Origin: the human T2T-CHM13v2.0 reference genome, Homo sapiens
Direction: 5' to 3' (one strand)
DNA length: 64,000 nucleotides
Assembly (NCBI RefSeq): GCF_009914755.1
Contig: NC_060928.1
The stretch's first letter is position 1. Every line of letters begins with the position of its first letter. The position numbers were made by a program, and so were the translations under genes. The notes beneath the pieces are model-generated. The model ran no database searches. It saw nothing but the letters and a program-made list of their open reading frames with translations, and was not told where the DNA came from. Below are positions 15,700 through 30,924 of this stretch, piece after piece.

Positions 15700-16488
15700 A
15701 TAAACAGAAAATAAATGAAAATTATGCACCTAACAGTGAAGCAACTAAATATATAAAGCAAATATTAAAGAATGAGAAGGAAGAGACAGATTGCAATACA
15801 ATAACAGTAGGGGTTTTCGATTTACCACTTTTGATAACGGACAGATTATCCAGACAAAAATTAATAGGGAAACATTAGACTAGAAGAATATTTTAGATCA
15901 AAAGTGCCTCACAGACATAAACAGAACACTCATTCCAACAGCAAAAGACTACACATTCTTCTCAAGAGCAGACAAAAAAAAAGTTTCCAGGAAAGATCAT
16001 GTTAGGACAGAAAACAAGTCTTAAATTTAATAAGATTAACTTCATATCAAGTAAATGGTGTTGAGAAAACTGGATATCAATATAAAAGGAATAAAGTTGG
16101 ACTTTTATCTCATACATATACTCAAAATTTTTTAAAAATCAACTCAAAGTATATTAAAGACTTAAATAAACATTAGACTTCAAGCTATAAGAATACTAGA
16201 AGGAAACAGGGGAAAAAATACATGAAATTGGTCTGAGCAATGATTTTTTAGGTTTGAACCCAAAAGTGCAGGCAATAAAAGCAAAAATAGACAAATGAGA
16301 TTACAACAAAATCAGAAATTTCTACACAACAAAGGAAACAATAAACTCCATCAATCATTGAAGAGACAACCTACTGAGTGGAAGAAAATATTTGCAAGCT
16401 ATATATCTGATAAGAGATTAATATCCAAAATGTATAAGAAACTCAAACTACTCTATAGAAATAAACAAATAATCTGATTTAGAAATGG
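15700..16488 (+). mobile_element. Old L1M(A) ORF2, part 1 (endonuclease piece fused to a late-ORF2 piece)
   Basis: NYAPN...KYIKQIL...TITVG.FD.PL...DRLSRQK in ORF 15663; then AAATGGTGTTGAGAAAACTGG from ~16053. Confidence 0.85.
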
Positions 16489-18400
16489 AGATGCTCTTAT
16501 GCTTAGAAAATGCTAAAGACTCTTCTGAAAAACACTTAGGCTTGACAAATTAATTTAGTAAACTTTCAGGATATAAAATCAACCTGCAAAAATCAGTGGT
16601 ATTTCTATACTCCAATAACAATCAAGCTAAGCTCAGAACCAAATTAAGAAGGCAATTCCATTTACAGTAGCTAAAAAGAAATTATATACCTAGGAATGCA
16701 TGTAACTAAGAAGATGAAAAATCTCTACTAGGAAAACTGCAATATGCTGATGGAAGAAATTGTACATGACAAATAAATGAACAAACATCCCATGCTCACA
16801 GATTAAGAGAATTAATATCATTAAAATAACCAGACTGCCCAAAGAAATCTACAGATTCAATGCAGTCTTTATTAAAATACCAACATCATTTTTCACAGAA
16901 TTAGAAAAAACAATTCTAAAATTCATATGGAACCAAAAAGGGGCCCAAATAGCCAAAGCTATTCTAAGCAAAAGAGCAAAGCTGGAGGCAGCATATTACC
17001 TGACCTCAAATTATACTACAAAGTTATAGTAACCAAAACAGCATGATACTGGCAAAAAAGAAGCAAAGTTGAATAGAACAGAATAAAGAACCCAGAGAAA
17101 AAAAACTGATTATCTACAACCAACTGTTCTTTGAAAAAGTCAACAAGAACATACACTGGGGCAAGGGCACACTTTTGAATACATGATGCTGGGAAAATTT
17201 AATTGCCATATTCAGAAGAATAACACTGGACTCCTATCTCTCACCACATACAAATATTAACTCAAGATGGATAAGAGTTAGATGTAAGATCTGAAACTAT
17301 AAAAATACCAGAAGAAATCTTCTGGACATTGGTCTAGGCAAAGAATTTATAGCTAAAACCTCAAAAGCACAAGCAATGAAAACAAAAATAGACAAGTGAG
17401 GCTTAATTAAACTAAAAGACTTCTTCACAGAGAAAGACATAATTAACAGAGTGTACAGGCAACCTACAGAAAGGGAGAAAATACGTGCAAACTATGCATC
17501 CAACAGAAAACTGACGTCCAGAATTTACAAGCAACTCCAACAATTCAAGAGCAACAACAACAAAAATTCAATAACTGCATTATAAAGCAAGCAAAGGACA
17601 TAAATAGACATATTTCAAAAGAAGACATACAAATGGCTAAGTATTTGTAAAAATGCTCCAGATCACTAATCATCAGAGAAACGCAAATTAAAACCACAAT
17701 GAGATAATATCATACACCAGTCCGAATGCCTATCATTAAGAACACAACAAAATAACAGATATTGGTAAGGATCTGGGGAAAAGGGAATGCTTATACATTG
17801 TTGGTGGAAAGTAAATTAGAAAAACTCTATAAAAAACAATTTAAAAATTTCTCAAAGTACTAAAAATAGAACTAGCATCCAACCCAACAATCCTGCCCCT
17901 GGGTATCTACCCAAAGGCTAATAAATCTTTATATCAAAAAGATACCTACACTGGTATGTTTATCACAGCACTGTTCACAATAGCAAACATATGGAATCAA
18001 CCTAAGTGTCCATTAATGGATGATTGGATAAAGAAAATATGAATACTAGTCAACAATAAAAAAGAATGAAATAATGTCTTTTGCAGCAACATGGATGGAA
18101 CTGAAGGCCATTATCTTCAGTGAAATCACACAGAATCAGAAAGTCAAATACAGCATATTGTCACTTATAAGTGGTAGCCAAGTAATGTGTACACATGAAC
18201 ATAAGGTGCGGAATAATAATTGTTAGAGATTCGGAATGGCGTATGGGTGGGAGGAAGGTGAGGGATGAGAAATTACTTAATGGGTACAATGTATGCTGTT
18301 TGGGTGATTGTTACACTAAAAGCCCAGACTTCACCACTGCAGAATATATCTATGTAACAAAACTGTACTTGTACCCCTAAAATTTATACAAATAAATAAA
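16489..18400 (+). mobile_element. 5'-truncated L1PB4-like element nested in the older L1
   Basis: Restarts at an earlier ORF2 position (TAGAAAATGCTAAAGACTC); 3'UTR GAGAAATTACTTAATGGGTACAATG...AGCCCAGACTTCACCACT; AATAAA tail. Confidence 0.87.
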
Positions 18401-18844
18401 TATTTTTAAAATGGGCAAGAAATGAATAGATATTTCTCAAAAGAAGACATAGAAATGGCTAATATACATACAAAATGCTCAACATTGCTATTCTTTGGGG
18501 AGAGGCGAATTAAAAGCAGAGTGAGATATCACTTCACACTTATTAGAATGACTATTATCAAGAAAATTAAAAAATAGCAAGTTTTGGTGAGGATGTAAAA
18601 AAAAGGGAACCTTTGTATACTGTTGGTCAAAATGAAAATTAGGACAGCCATTATTGAAAACAATACGGAATTTCCTCCAAAAATTAAAATAGAATTACTG
18701 TAAGATCCAGCAATTCAGTTTCTGGGTATTTTACCAAAAGATTTGAAATCAGTATGTCAAAGACATACCTGCACTCCCATGTTAATTGCAGCACTGTTCA
18801 CAATAGCCAAGTTATGAAATCAACCAAAGTGTCCATCAATGAAT
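18401..18844 (+). mobile_element. Old L1MA ORF2, part 2 (host resumes)
   Basis: TTTAAAATGGGCAAG continues from ...TTTAGAAATGG at 16488; AAAGATTTGAAATCAGTATGTCAAAG. Confidence 0.82.
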
Positions 18845-20285
<1,441 letters not shown>

Positions 20286-20629
20286 GTGAAAGAACTTTAA
20301 AATAGACATATAATTTTAAGTATCTGATTTAAGTCCTCTTTCTTACATTGAGTTTTCTGTTTAGGAGCAAATAGGCAAGATAAACATATCCCTGTGAAAC
20401 AATGTGACTATTATCCTCCATCAAGGTCCACTCCTAGTCCCATGGTTCTTTGGACAATTTCTAAATTACATACTCATAGAAATACTCAAAATATTTCTGA
20501 GATGCTCTTCATGGAAAGCATTCAATTCCTCATTAAATAGTTATTAATATTTGTTAATAATTGTTAGCTAATATTTAATTAATAATGTTAATTAAATAAA
20601 TAAAATATATTTGGGAAGTCTCAAAATAT

Positions 20630-21045
20630 GTGCATTAGTCTGTGTTCTCCAGAGAAAAATAACATTTATATATAAATATATATGTGTATACACATATATA
20701 TCTATATATGAGAGAGAGAAAAATATTTGTTATAAGGTATTAGAATACAGTATAATCTGTAATGCAGGCTGTCCCAAGATGCACAGTCATGAAGCTGGAG
20801 ATGTAAGAGAACAGATGGTATAGTTCCAGTCCAAGTTCAAAGGACTGAGAACCAGCATAGCTGGTGTGTGTTCCAGAGCCAACCACATTGAGAAAGGTAA
20901 TATGCCTTACTTAGCATACTGATAACAGTATACAGTGTTAATCTCATCCAGAAACACCCTAACGGACATACTCAGAATAATCTTTAACCAAATATCTGGA
21001 CCTCCCACAGCCCAGTCAAATTGACACATAAAATTATCCCTCACA
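20630..21045 (-). mobile_element. MLT2 (ERVL) solo LTR
   Basis: GTTCTCCAGAGAAA, internal (TA)n/(GA)n, and terminus CCCAGTCAAATTGACACATAAAATTATCCCTCACA. Confidence 0.88.
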
Positions 21046-21154
21046 ATAGATGTGTTTTTGTTTCCTCTAAAATTCCTATCTCTTAAATTTTTTGTTTGTA
21101 TACATAATAAATGGCCTAAAATGTTTATGGCATATTGTAGCAGACAGATTACGG

Positions 21155-21358
21155 TAAACAAAAGTTGTCTTTCCCAAAACTTAATAATATTTGTGTTTCT
21201 TAAACTTAGACCTAAGAGATTAAACAGGTTTGAATTTAACATTAAGAGCCTGCTCTTATAAACAAAAGTTAAGTCTTTCCCAAAAAGTAATATTTGTTTC
21301 CTTAAAATTAGACCTAAGAGATTAAGCAGGTTGAATTTAAGAGCCCTGCTCTTCTAAA
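21155..21358. repeat. Diverged two-copy tandem duplication, ~104-bp unit
   Basis: TAAACAAAAGTT..GTCTTTCCCAAAA..TAATATTTG..TTAGACCTAAGAGATTAA.CAGGTT..AAGAGCC.TGCTCTT occurs twice. Confidence 0.9.
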
Positions 21359-21683
21359 AACATCCAGCCTTAATGTAAAAGCACAGTACCTCCTATAAGG
21401 CATGAATGGTTCCTCTCTAAGGGTAGTGTGGATATTCTATAATTTTGCTTGCCTCCTAGATGTTTGGTCTTGTAATAGATCAAATGAAACCTTCCCATAC
21501 TTATTTTTGTTTGATATTTTGGTAACTGATGAAGTGTATTTAATATAATAAAGCTGGATATTGCTAATCTTCTCATCTCAAGGAATGTAAAATATAATAA
21601 AAAGATAATTTGGGATAACACACATTAATTATCTTTATAAGGAAATATATAAAAAATCCTTCCTTAAAAATCTGTAGATTTTT

Positions 21684-22065
<382 letters not shown>

Positions 22066-23392
22066 TTATCCATATTGGCAATTAATTAATCCAAATTTAT
22101 TAAAAACTGTTTTACTTTGATAAATCTTTAGACTATGACCTAAGCTTCCCTTTCAAATGTGCTTCAAAGAAAGAAAGGCTTTTAGGCAGTAACATAAAGG
22201 TTTATATCAAAGTGAGATGAAACAATGATGATTTAAATTTACAGAAGGAAACATGTGGTTTACCAGAAAAGGATTTATTTGTTCACTAAATAATTTTTTT
22301 AAATTACATATCTAATAATATTATTATTCCTTTTATTTGTGCTTTCTTTGGCAACTGAAGTGAGAGCCTCTTTCTAATTAGGCATAAATCAGACTTCATT
22401 GGCTCAACTCCACAGACTGCAAACCTGAAATCATGACTTGGTCATGATTCTCAGCCAAAGGTGTTGGTGTCAGTGTGGATTTATATTGAGGTCTTCAAGA
22501 GAACTACTAAATTTTCTAGAAGATATAATGTCCCAATAGTGCAAGAGTCAGGGAAGATTAGAAATATGGCATCAGGGTTTTTACAGATGGTGTGGTCTTT
22601 ACAGGAAGTCGCATTCGCGATAGACTCAAAGCTCACAGTGACCTTTGGCAAGAGAGATACAATTAGGCCTCAAGTCACAACTATCACTTCAGTCATCATT
22701 TGTACAGTGATGACTGCAGAATGCATTACGTAAGTCTTAATTAAGTAATATGTAGAGTTTTAAAACTTGGTGCTTCTAACTTTTTAAGTGGGAGATGATT
22801 TTTTCGTAGTTAAATTTAAGTCAGCCTTAAAAGTAACTGTAAGTTAGTAATGGACTTTATAAGAATTCTGTTGAGTTTTAATTTTTAACATTGGTTTTAC
22901 TCAAATGTTCATTTTATGCTCTTTCTCATTCATCTCCTCCATTATTTTCCAAAACTATTTCAGAAGGGGAAACCACATCTAAAAAGATAGGATGAACATA
23001 AAATATTTTACTTTTACCTCTGACACTGGTAGCTCTCAGCCAAGAAAAGATTCGTAGAAATTCAGACTTTTATATCACTTTTCTACTGGACTTCAGTTAA
23101 ACTCAGGGTGATAGAGGTTACTGATTATTCAAGAGGAGTGAGTGTATGTACTAGCCAGTGGGGCCACAACCTCTATAACGTTAGATCAGCATTAATGGGT
23201 ACCGTTTACAGATTTACAGACAATTTATATATTGAGAAAGAGGGAGAAGAGCATGTCTAAAATGACTACAAATTGAATAAACATCATGAACAAATAATAT
23301 TATTTTCAGATAACATTGAATAAGCAATTATATGGTAATAAAGAATATCATAAAGAATTTTAATAAACTAATAATTTAAAAATTATACAGGC

Positions 23393-23731
<339 letters not shown>

Positions 23732-24356
23732 TTAGGATGGAAGTGATGTTCTCAAAAATATAGTAAACAGTTAACTGATTCTTTTTCAAAAATACTTTAT
23801 GATATGCTAGATTTTCTCAATTTTATTCTAAGGTCTAAAATATAGATCAGAGTGCTTAGCAGCCCATGGTGATGCTGTTTTTCCTTCTCTTTTGATGTTT
23901 TTGATGTCTTTTCATGTGGCACTATGAGAGGTTGAAAGCAAAAAATAACATGAATTTAAAATTGTTTTAAATAGTATTGATCTCTGAGTGAATTGCTTGA
24001 TATCAAATTATATGTCTTACTTTCAAAAATTATTTTTTCTTCTCTATAAAACATTAGCCTGATTTTTCCTTCCCTGGAATCTATTTTGAATTTAATTGGA
24101 ATGCAAATCAGTTGGTTTTCTAAGTTCTAGTGAAAATTTAAGTCCCAGTACTCAGCTGCTCTCTTTCTTTGTCTGTACTTAACCTCTTCTGTGTTTTGAA
24201 CACTTCTGTGCTTGATTTCTAACTCTACATGTGTGACCCCAAATCCTGCCCCTTCCTCCTCTGCTTCTACTCTTCCAAATATTTTCTAGACAAGAGTGTC
24301 CCGCAGCATTCAAACTCATTCCGAGCTAAATCAAACTTCTCATGCGGAATGCAGAA

Positions 24357-24669
24357 TCCGGGCCATCACACTGAGGCTGTCTGCTAAATCCATCCCACTG
24401 CCTGCTTTTCGGTGGCCTGTGGGTTAACAGTTTTTCTGTGTGTTTTTAACTGGCTGAGAGGAAAAAAATCAACAGAGGAATAGTATTTCATGGTATATTC
24501 ATGAAAATTATATACAATTAAATTTTAGTGTGCATAAACAAAAGTTTAATTGAGAAATCTACATGCTGAGTTGTCAGCTGATTTAGTGCTACAAAGGTAG
24601 ACACCTATGCCCATGAAAACCTAAACATCTGCTATCTGGCCCTTTACAATAGGTGTTTGAGGACACCTG
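24357..24669 (-). mobile_element. MER58B-like hAT-Charlie MITE within L2 remnants
   Basis: GAAAATTATATACAATTAAATTTTAGTGTGCATAAA and CTATCTGGCCCTTTACA...CACCTG terminus. Confidence 0.72.
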
Positions 24670-26310
24670 ACATTGAATACAAGATACATGAAGGCAAGGA
24701 TTTCTTTACCTCATTTATTATTGTCTCCCAGTGCCATGGGGTGGGGGCATTGTACTTGCTGACACTAAAAAATATTCGTTCAAAGAAAAACATAGACACA
24801 ACAAGTCTTGTTTTCTCTCTAATCTCTATTTTATATTCTTTATCTAAACAGTATTCTAAATTATGGAAACTTTCTCTTGTTAAACTTCAAGGCTTGCTAG
24901 TTTTATCCGTGCATTTTGTCTCACAGTTTTCCCTTCAGCCTTCCATTTCCATTGCCCTTGCTGTAGCCAGGCCTTCATTACATCACACCAATAATGTAGT
25001 CACTAAACACCACTGCAGCCATTTGCTATTGTCATCAGTCCGCCCTTCATTCTGCTGCTCTCTGATGTTCTTGTGCTAATTACTGCACAACTCACTGCAC
25101 TCAGAAAGCACAAGAAAATATAAAAGAAGGGGGAAACGCAGCAATGGGAGAAGAAAAGGGTACAGAGATAGAGCTCTGCTAGTCTCTGAGCCCTGGCTGA
25201 GTGCTGCTCATTGTCTGTGTTCTTCATAAAGGTATACATGGTAAACACTCTAAGCCCTATTTTTCAGCTGGTAAAAACTTTTGTCCAGAAAAATTGCTGT
25301 TTGCAAAACACTGTATATCATATAAACAGGTGTTTTTACAATTTATAACTAATCCTTGCTAAAGCTTTTGCTTATTTTTAGTTTCTCAAAAGGCAGAAAT
25401 TAATGGGGACACACTCCTTATATGTAAACTACACCAATTACTGGAAGAATAACTGGCTTCAGTGTGCAATGCAATGACTGTCAGGGGACACAGAGTTAGC
25501 AACAACCCAGAGGGACATTGAGACATGACCTCTGGGAGGAGTGGATTGGAATATGTGTTGAGTAACACGAAGACATTCAAATCAAATGTTACACCACTGC
25601 CAGCAAAGGTCTGCCACTGCATATTCAAGGACAGGACAAGTGGAAGGAAGGAAAACATGATTACACAGCCATAGGGAACCTGGAGAAAAGGTTAAAGCAT
25701 TTGCCAAATGTATAAAATACCCTGTAATTCCAACAAACAAAAATGCCAAACTAATGGAAAAAGCAAACAGATACTTTCAAATAATTATGACAATCTCCTC
25801 CCTTATTTTTTTATGTTCCAAATCATATTATATGTTGTTCAAGTTCTAATACATATGATTACTGTCTATTAAATTACAGTTTATTTGGTCATTTGGCCAA
25901 CTTCCTTAACATCTCTATACACCTTTCAACATCTATAAAATGCTGGTGTTTAATGAACTGTTTTATAAGACAGCTCCCAGTTTTTAATTCCATGATTTTG
26001 TGGGTTTTGAAGTTCTGATGTTAATGACTACTTTGATAAGAGAACAACTGTTATGGATGCGATAACGTTGGAATTCTGCATGTGAGTGTGTGTGTGAGTA
26101 AAAATAGCAATTAGATTATGATACATATGTATTATATTTAACATATAACTTATTTTATCAGCTACATACACTATAATAGCATGCAATCTGTCAACCTAAC
26201 TATTCTGTCAAATTCCTTCATAGTCAATTTTTCTTCTCAAATGACCAATATTAGCAGCATTATAAGTTAATTTCTTCTGCCCACAAGATTACAGTTTAGT
26301 ATATTGTAGT

Positions 26311-26656
26311 TGCTTTAATCCATTTAGGCTGCTTTAAAAAAATCATAAACTAGGTAACTAATAAATGACAGAAAATCTTTGTGTCAAAGTTCTCGAGACT
26401 GGGAAGTCCAAGAGCAAGGCACTAGCAGATTCAATGTCTGGTGAGGGCTCAGTTTCTGTTTCACAGGTAGCACCTTCAAACTGTTCTCACATGGTGGAAG
26501 GGGCAAGACAGCTCTCTGGGGTCTGCTTAATAAGGAAACCAATCTTACTTATGAGGGTTCCACCCTCCTAAGGGTCCTACCTCCTAATACTGTCACATTA
26601 ATGATTACTTTTCAACATATAAATTTTGGAGGTACACAAACTTTCAGACTATAGCA
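26311..26656 (-). mobile_element. MaLR solo LTR (MLT1A-like)
   Basis: TG...CA ends; CTGGGAAGTCCAAGAGCAAGGC; TTCAGACTATAGCA; perfect 5-bp TSD GTAGT at 26306-26310 and 26657-26661. Confidence 0.9.
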
Positions 26657-29600
26657 GTAGTCTAACCTCAGCAGATTTAATAAACACATGTAATAAAATT
26701 ACTTTGTTTTTATAACATGAACAACTTTGTTTCTCCTAAGTATCCTTACTTATGCTCCTAAACAAAGTAATTATAGATAAGATTACGAATATATAATATA
26801 ATCTTCTCCTCAATATCCTGAAGGGTAAACATTTGACTGAAATATAAGATGCTTTATCTATTCTTTTGTGGTTAGGGGAGAGTCTCTTGCCTGAGTTCAT
26901 GTCTAGTTTGATTCTGATGAGGTTAGAAAAGTGCTAGATTATTTCTTTGTGAGACAGTTTTTAGAATAAACCCTAAAATTAATGTAACTATTCTTACCTT
27001 AGAAAGGAGCAAGCATTTTAAAAGTCAATTCTATATGTATTGTATGTGGATTGACTAGAAAAAGCATAAAAGATAAAAAGCCAGCAATCATCAAATATAA
27101 ACATAAACTTATGTACAGTATTTTGATTAATAAGAAATTCTGGTTTACACTGAAAGCAGCACTTTTTTAAAAACTACATTCTACAAACTGTTTAATAACT
27201 ATGCACATATCAAAAATGGTAAGTGCATTAATGAATTATTTACCTCTCTGTATCTAAATGCCACCTCTTAAGAGGTAAGCACTTTTGAATTAGGTTATGT
27301 CAACTTTTTACCCCTCAGAAGTAAATGCTTTAAAACAAACAATTTAGTGAGATGTTTTATGAGGCCTATTTAGTTTATTAATGGATTCTGTTTTTGTGTG
27401 TGAGATGGACACTTGCAGTTTAGTCTAAGAGGCAGACATAATAAAAAATTTCAAATCAGTGTTGTAGGTGCTGTAATAAGCCCAGTTCTCTAAAGGCACA
27501 ATGAGGCACACCAGCAACAGCTGAAAGAAAAGTTGGTTTGCTATTTGTTGATTGTCTGTTTTTCAGATTCTAATTTATTCCTAAAGATAGAATGTTGTCT
27601 GAAGCTATCTTGTTTAACCAAGCATTCTCACCAGTAAGGCTGTGTGAACAGAAGGTGGATATCAGAATAACTGGTACATTTTTCATTCTACAAACAACTG
27701 ACCTCTTCACAACTTCTAATCCATTCAATCCTAACTCACTCCAGGGATTATGCACTTTGCCAAAATCTTTCTGTGTGTTTTTAATAGGATAGCCCCTAGC
27801 TCAGAATCGTTACCCTATACTTGAAACGCAGAAAGAAAATGCCTTGGACTTGAAGGATAGAAAATTATTTGCTGTTTATGCTCTAAGGCATAAAGCTAAT
27901 AGTATCCATTTATTTATCCTTTCTTTTAATATACTATGTGCTGGAAACTATGCTCTCGCCTCATTTTGTGCTGTCTTACACAGCACTTACCTAGAAGGGG
28001 AAAGCTAATTATTTGCCTACCTCTCTCCTCAAGTTATCTTTGTTGGTGTCACTTTTGTCCAAGATTTGCACACTTTCTGTTCAAGTTGTGCTTATTTACC
28101 TAGTACACTAGCAAGTTTAAGAAAAGATAAACAAACATTCAATAGAGAGATTAAACCTATCGTCATAAGGTACTCATATGACCTCCACCCCTGGCTGTGG
28201 ATGCAGCGACAAAGAGGCAAAGAGGCTGGCTGAAGCCATATGGCAATCTGCAGAACGTCACCATAGCCTCTGTGCACACCACCCACTGTCCATACTCAGG
28301 AAGCCAATTGATCTCAACTCCACAACCACCTTGGCCCTCTGGGAGATCGTGAGTGACAGCCCTCAAGAATATAGAGATTTCACATTCTGCGCACGTACCC
28401 ACCTTCAATTATTTAGTGAGATCATTTGCCATCCAAACAACAACAACAACAAAAAAAAATCACTTTTCTTTTCCACCAATACGGAAAAACTTCAGGTTTT
28501 CATATTAAACTCACCATTCCTGCTCAAAGGACAAAGGTTGGAAATTCTTGTTTTGTGTACACAGGGTATTTGTTAAGGGTGAGGTGCATATACCTTTGCA
28601 TTATGACCTGGTTTTACCAGTTAAGACTCTAACAACCTTGCCCAGAGTTTAATGCAAACTTTCCTTCTTAGGAACTCATTTGTTGTCAGTTAAGATAAAA
28701 TATCTCTTAGAACCTGTAGAAAAGAAAAGTAGATTCTCAATTATTGGGCCCATATTAAATCATTCTGCTAATTAATGGTAGTTTCCTAAAGTGTTAATTG
28801 CATTACAATAAACATGTTCATATACTACTGTTACCAGAAAGATCCCTGCCTCAAGAACAAGAGAAATATATTAGATCATATTGCTATGCAATTTTTCTTG
28901 CTGATGGGGCCATTTTTCAGGCACGGTACTACATATAGAACAGCAACATAATGGGAGGAGAGAACAGATGCTAAAATTCAGTCAGACATAAATCTCTTTC
29001 ACTTTATCTTCTTTACAATACAGAGATGACAAGAAGAAAAACAAATAGCTAAGAGAATAAACATAAATGATGGGTGTTTCAAGGGAATTTAGTACCCCAA
29101 TATAGACATCATATATATGTTACAAGATTGACACCTGGACAAATAAATGGTGTTTAGTGTAATAAGATGACAATAATTAAATATCTGGCATTTTTTTCCT
29201 CCAAATATCAACATGTAGCACAGGAATAAAATGATACTTTTCTATTTATGTTAACCTCTTCAGACATGCAATTATTCAAGTTCCTGTCTAGATATTCACT
29301 CATGTAATTGATGTACTGGAAAATATTTTCATTCAGTATATCAGTTAGAATTTATCATATACTTCATGCTGGACTATTAGATCACAAGATCAAAGGTCCT
29401 AAGATAAAACCTTGCTTTCTGCATGAATCCTTGTTTCAACACTCTATTCTACACTGATCTTTCTGTCCTCTGAATTCTGATTAAAATTATAATCATTAAT
29501 CATACAACTGAGCCCAAGTTAATTTCTATTTTATTTGGATGTAGCTTTCCCTCCCCAACAACATTTAACTTCCCATGCTATTGGAAGCAGGTATTCATTT

Positions 29601-29660
29601 CAAACCATTTTTTAGTTTAATACTCCATTAATATCTAAAACAATGGAGAATGCATGTCAA

Positions 29661-30924
29661 TGTTACTGGATGTTTAAGGTGTCATTTCACCAGTCAGAAA
29701 CCTCTGTGGCCAGTGGCACCTTTGCCTGAATTTTGCTCTGGATCACTGGGCTCATTCCACCCACTCAGCCTGGCAGGCTGCACTCGGCTCCCACTGTTGG
29801 CCCAGATCGACACCTGCCAAGGACGAGCCAGGAGCAGAGTGGCAAGGGGTGTGTGAGCAAACATGGGATCCAGCAACTGCATGCAGCCAGGCATGCCAGC
29901 TGCAGTGAGGTGGCACCTTCAGGACACAGCATGGGGCGATGGCACGGGGTGCCACCTCCCTGAGAGGCTGTGGCTGGATCAGGTAATAAGCAGCCTCTGT
30001 GGCTGATACTGGGAAACGCAGTGGCGTCCGGAGTCTTGGAGATGGCAAGAACTGCAGAGCCCTACAGAGGGTGTCACAGCCACGACTTGGGGACCTCCTA
30101 GGTCTGGGCTGTTTGAAGGGCTACAGCTCTTCTCGCCTTCGCTCTTCTCTCCTTCTTGTCACCTGCAACATGGCAAGCAAGGGGCCTGCTTCAGCCCTGT
30201 TTGTGTTACAGCTCTTTTAGCCCCGCCATTTGGTGGGTCCCGAGTTCTTGTCTTGCGTCCAGGAAGAATGAGGTATGCAGACAAGTGGAGGGTGGGCAAG
30301 ACGAAGAGGAGCTTTATTGAGCCGTAGAACAGCTCAGAGGAGACCCACAGTGAGTAGCTCCTCTCCATGACCAGGATGTCCTGATGAGTGTTAAGCTCTT
30401 AGCAAAAAGGGTAGCTCCTGTCTGCTTGTCCCCGGCTCCCACCAGTTCCGCGGAGCATGGCACCACCTGGGCCCAGCTCCACCTCAGGGCCCCTTTCCAC
30501 CTGCTCTTCCGTGCCCAACCGAGCTGCTCTCTCTCCTGTGGGAACTCGCCCCAGCCCCACTGTAGCAGCTCCCAAGGTAGCAGGCGCTGGGGACTGCCCG
30601 CCTCCTCTCTGCATTTTCCTTGCAGCAACAGTGGGCGAGATGCAGGTGACACAGCTGTCGGGGTCGACACCACGAGTCCTGGCTGCGCCTTCTGCCAGGT
30701 TCATGTGGGTTCGAAGACAGGGTAGGGAGGGAGGTTGAGGCCGTGGCTGAGGCTCTGGGCCTAGAAGCAGGTCTTGCCCAGCCGTGCTAAGGTTGGTGTA
30801 GCACAGTTGGCTGTCTTGGGGAAACAGGGCACAGACGTCCCACCAGCGCCCCTGCCGCTACGGCGGCCACCCCTGCCATGATCCACTGTGCCTCCCTGAA
30901 GCAGCCAGCATGATGCTACCATCA
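29661..30924 (-). mobile_element. MER52-family ERV1 solo LTR (~1.26 kb, GC-rich)
   Basis: TGTTAC...GAAACCTCTGTGGCCAGTGGCACC at one end and ...CCATCA at the other; minus-strand AATAAA at 30313-30318; 4-bp TSD TCAA/ACAA. Confidence 0.9.

Noticed and set aside
29650-30738. Dense cluster of overlapping ORFs
   Set aside because: Caused by the GC-rich MER52 LTR having few stop codons.
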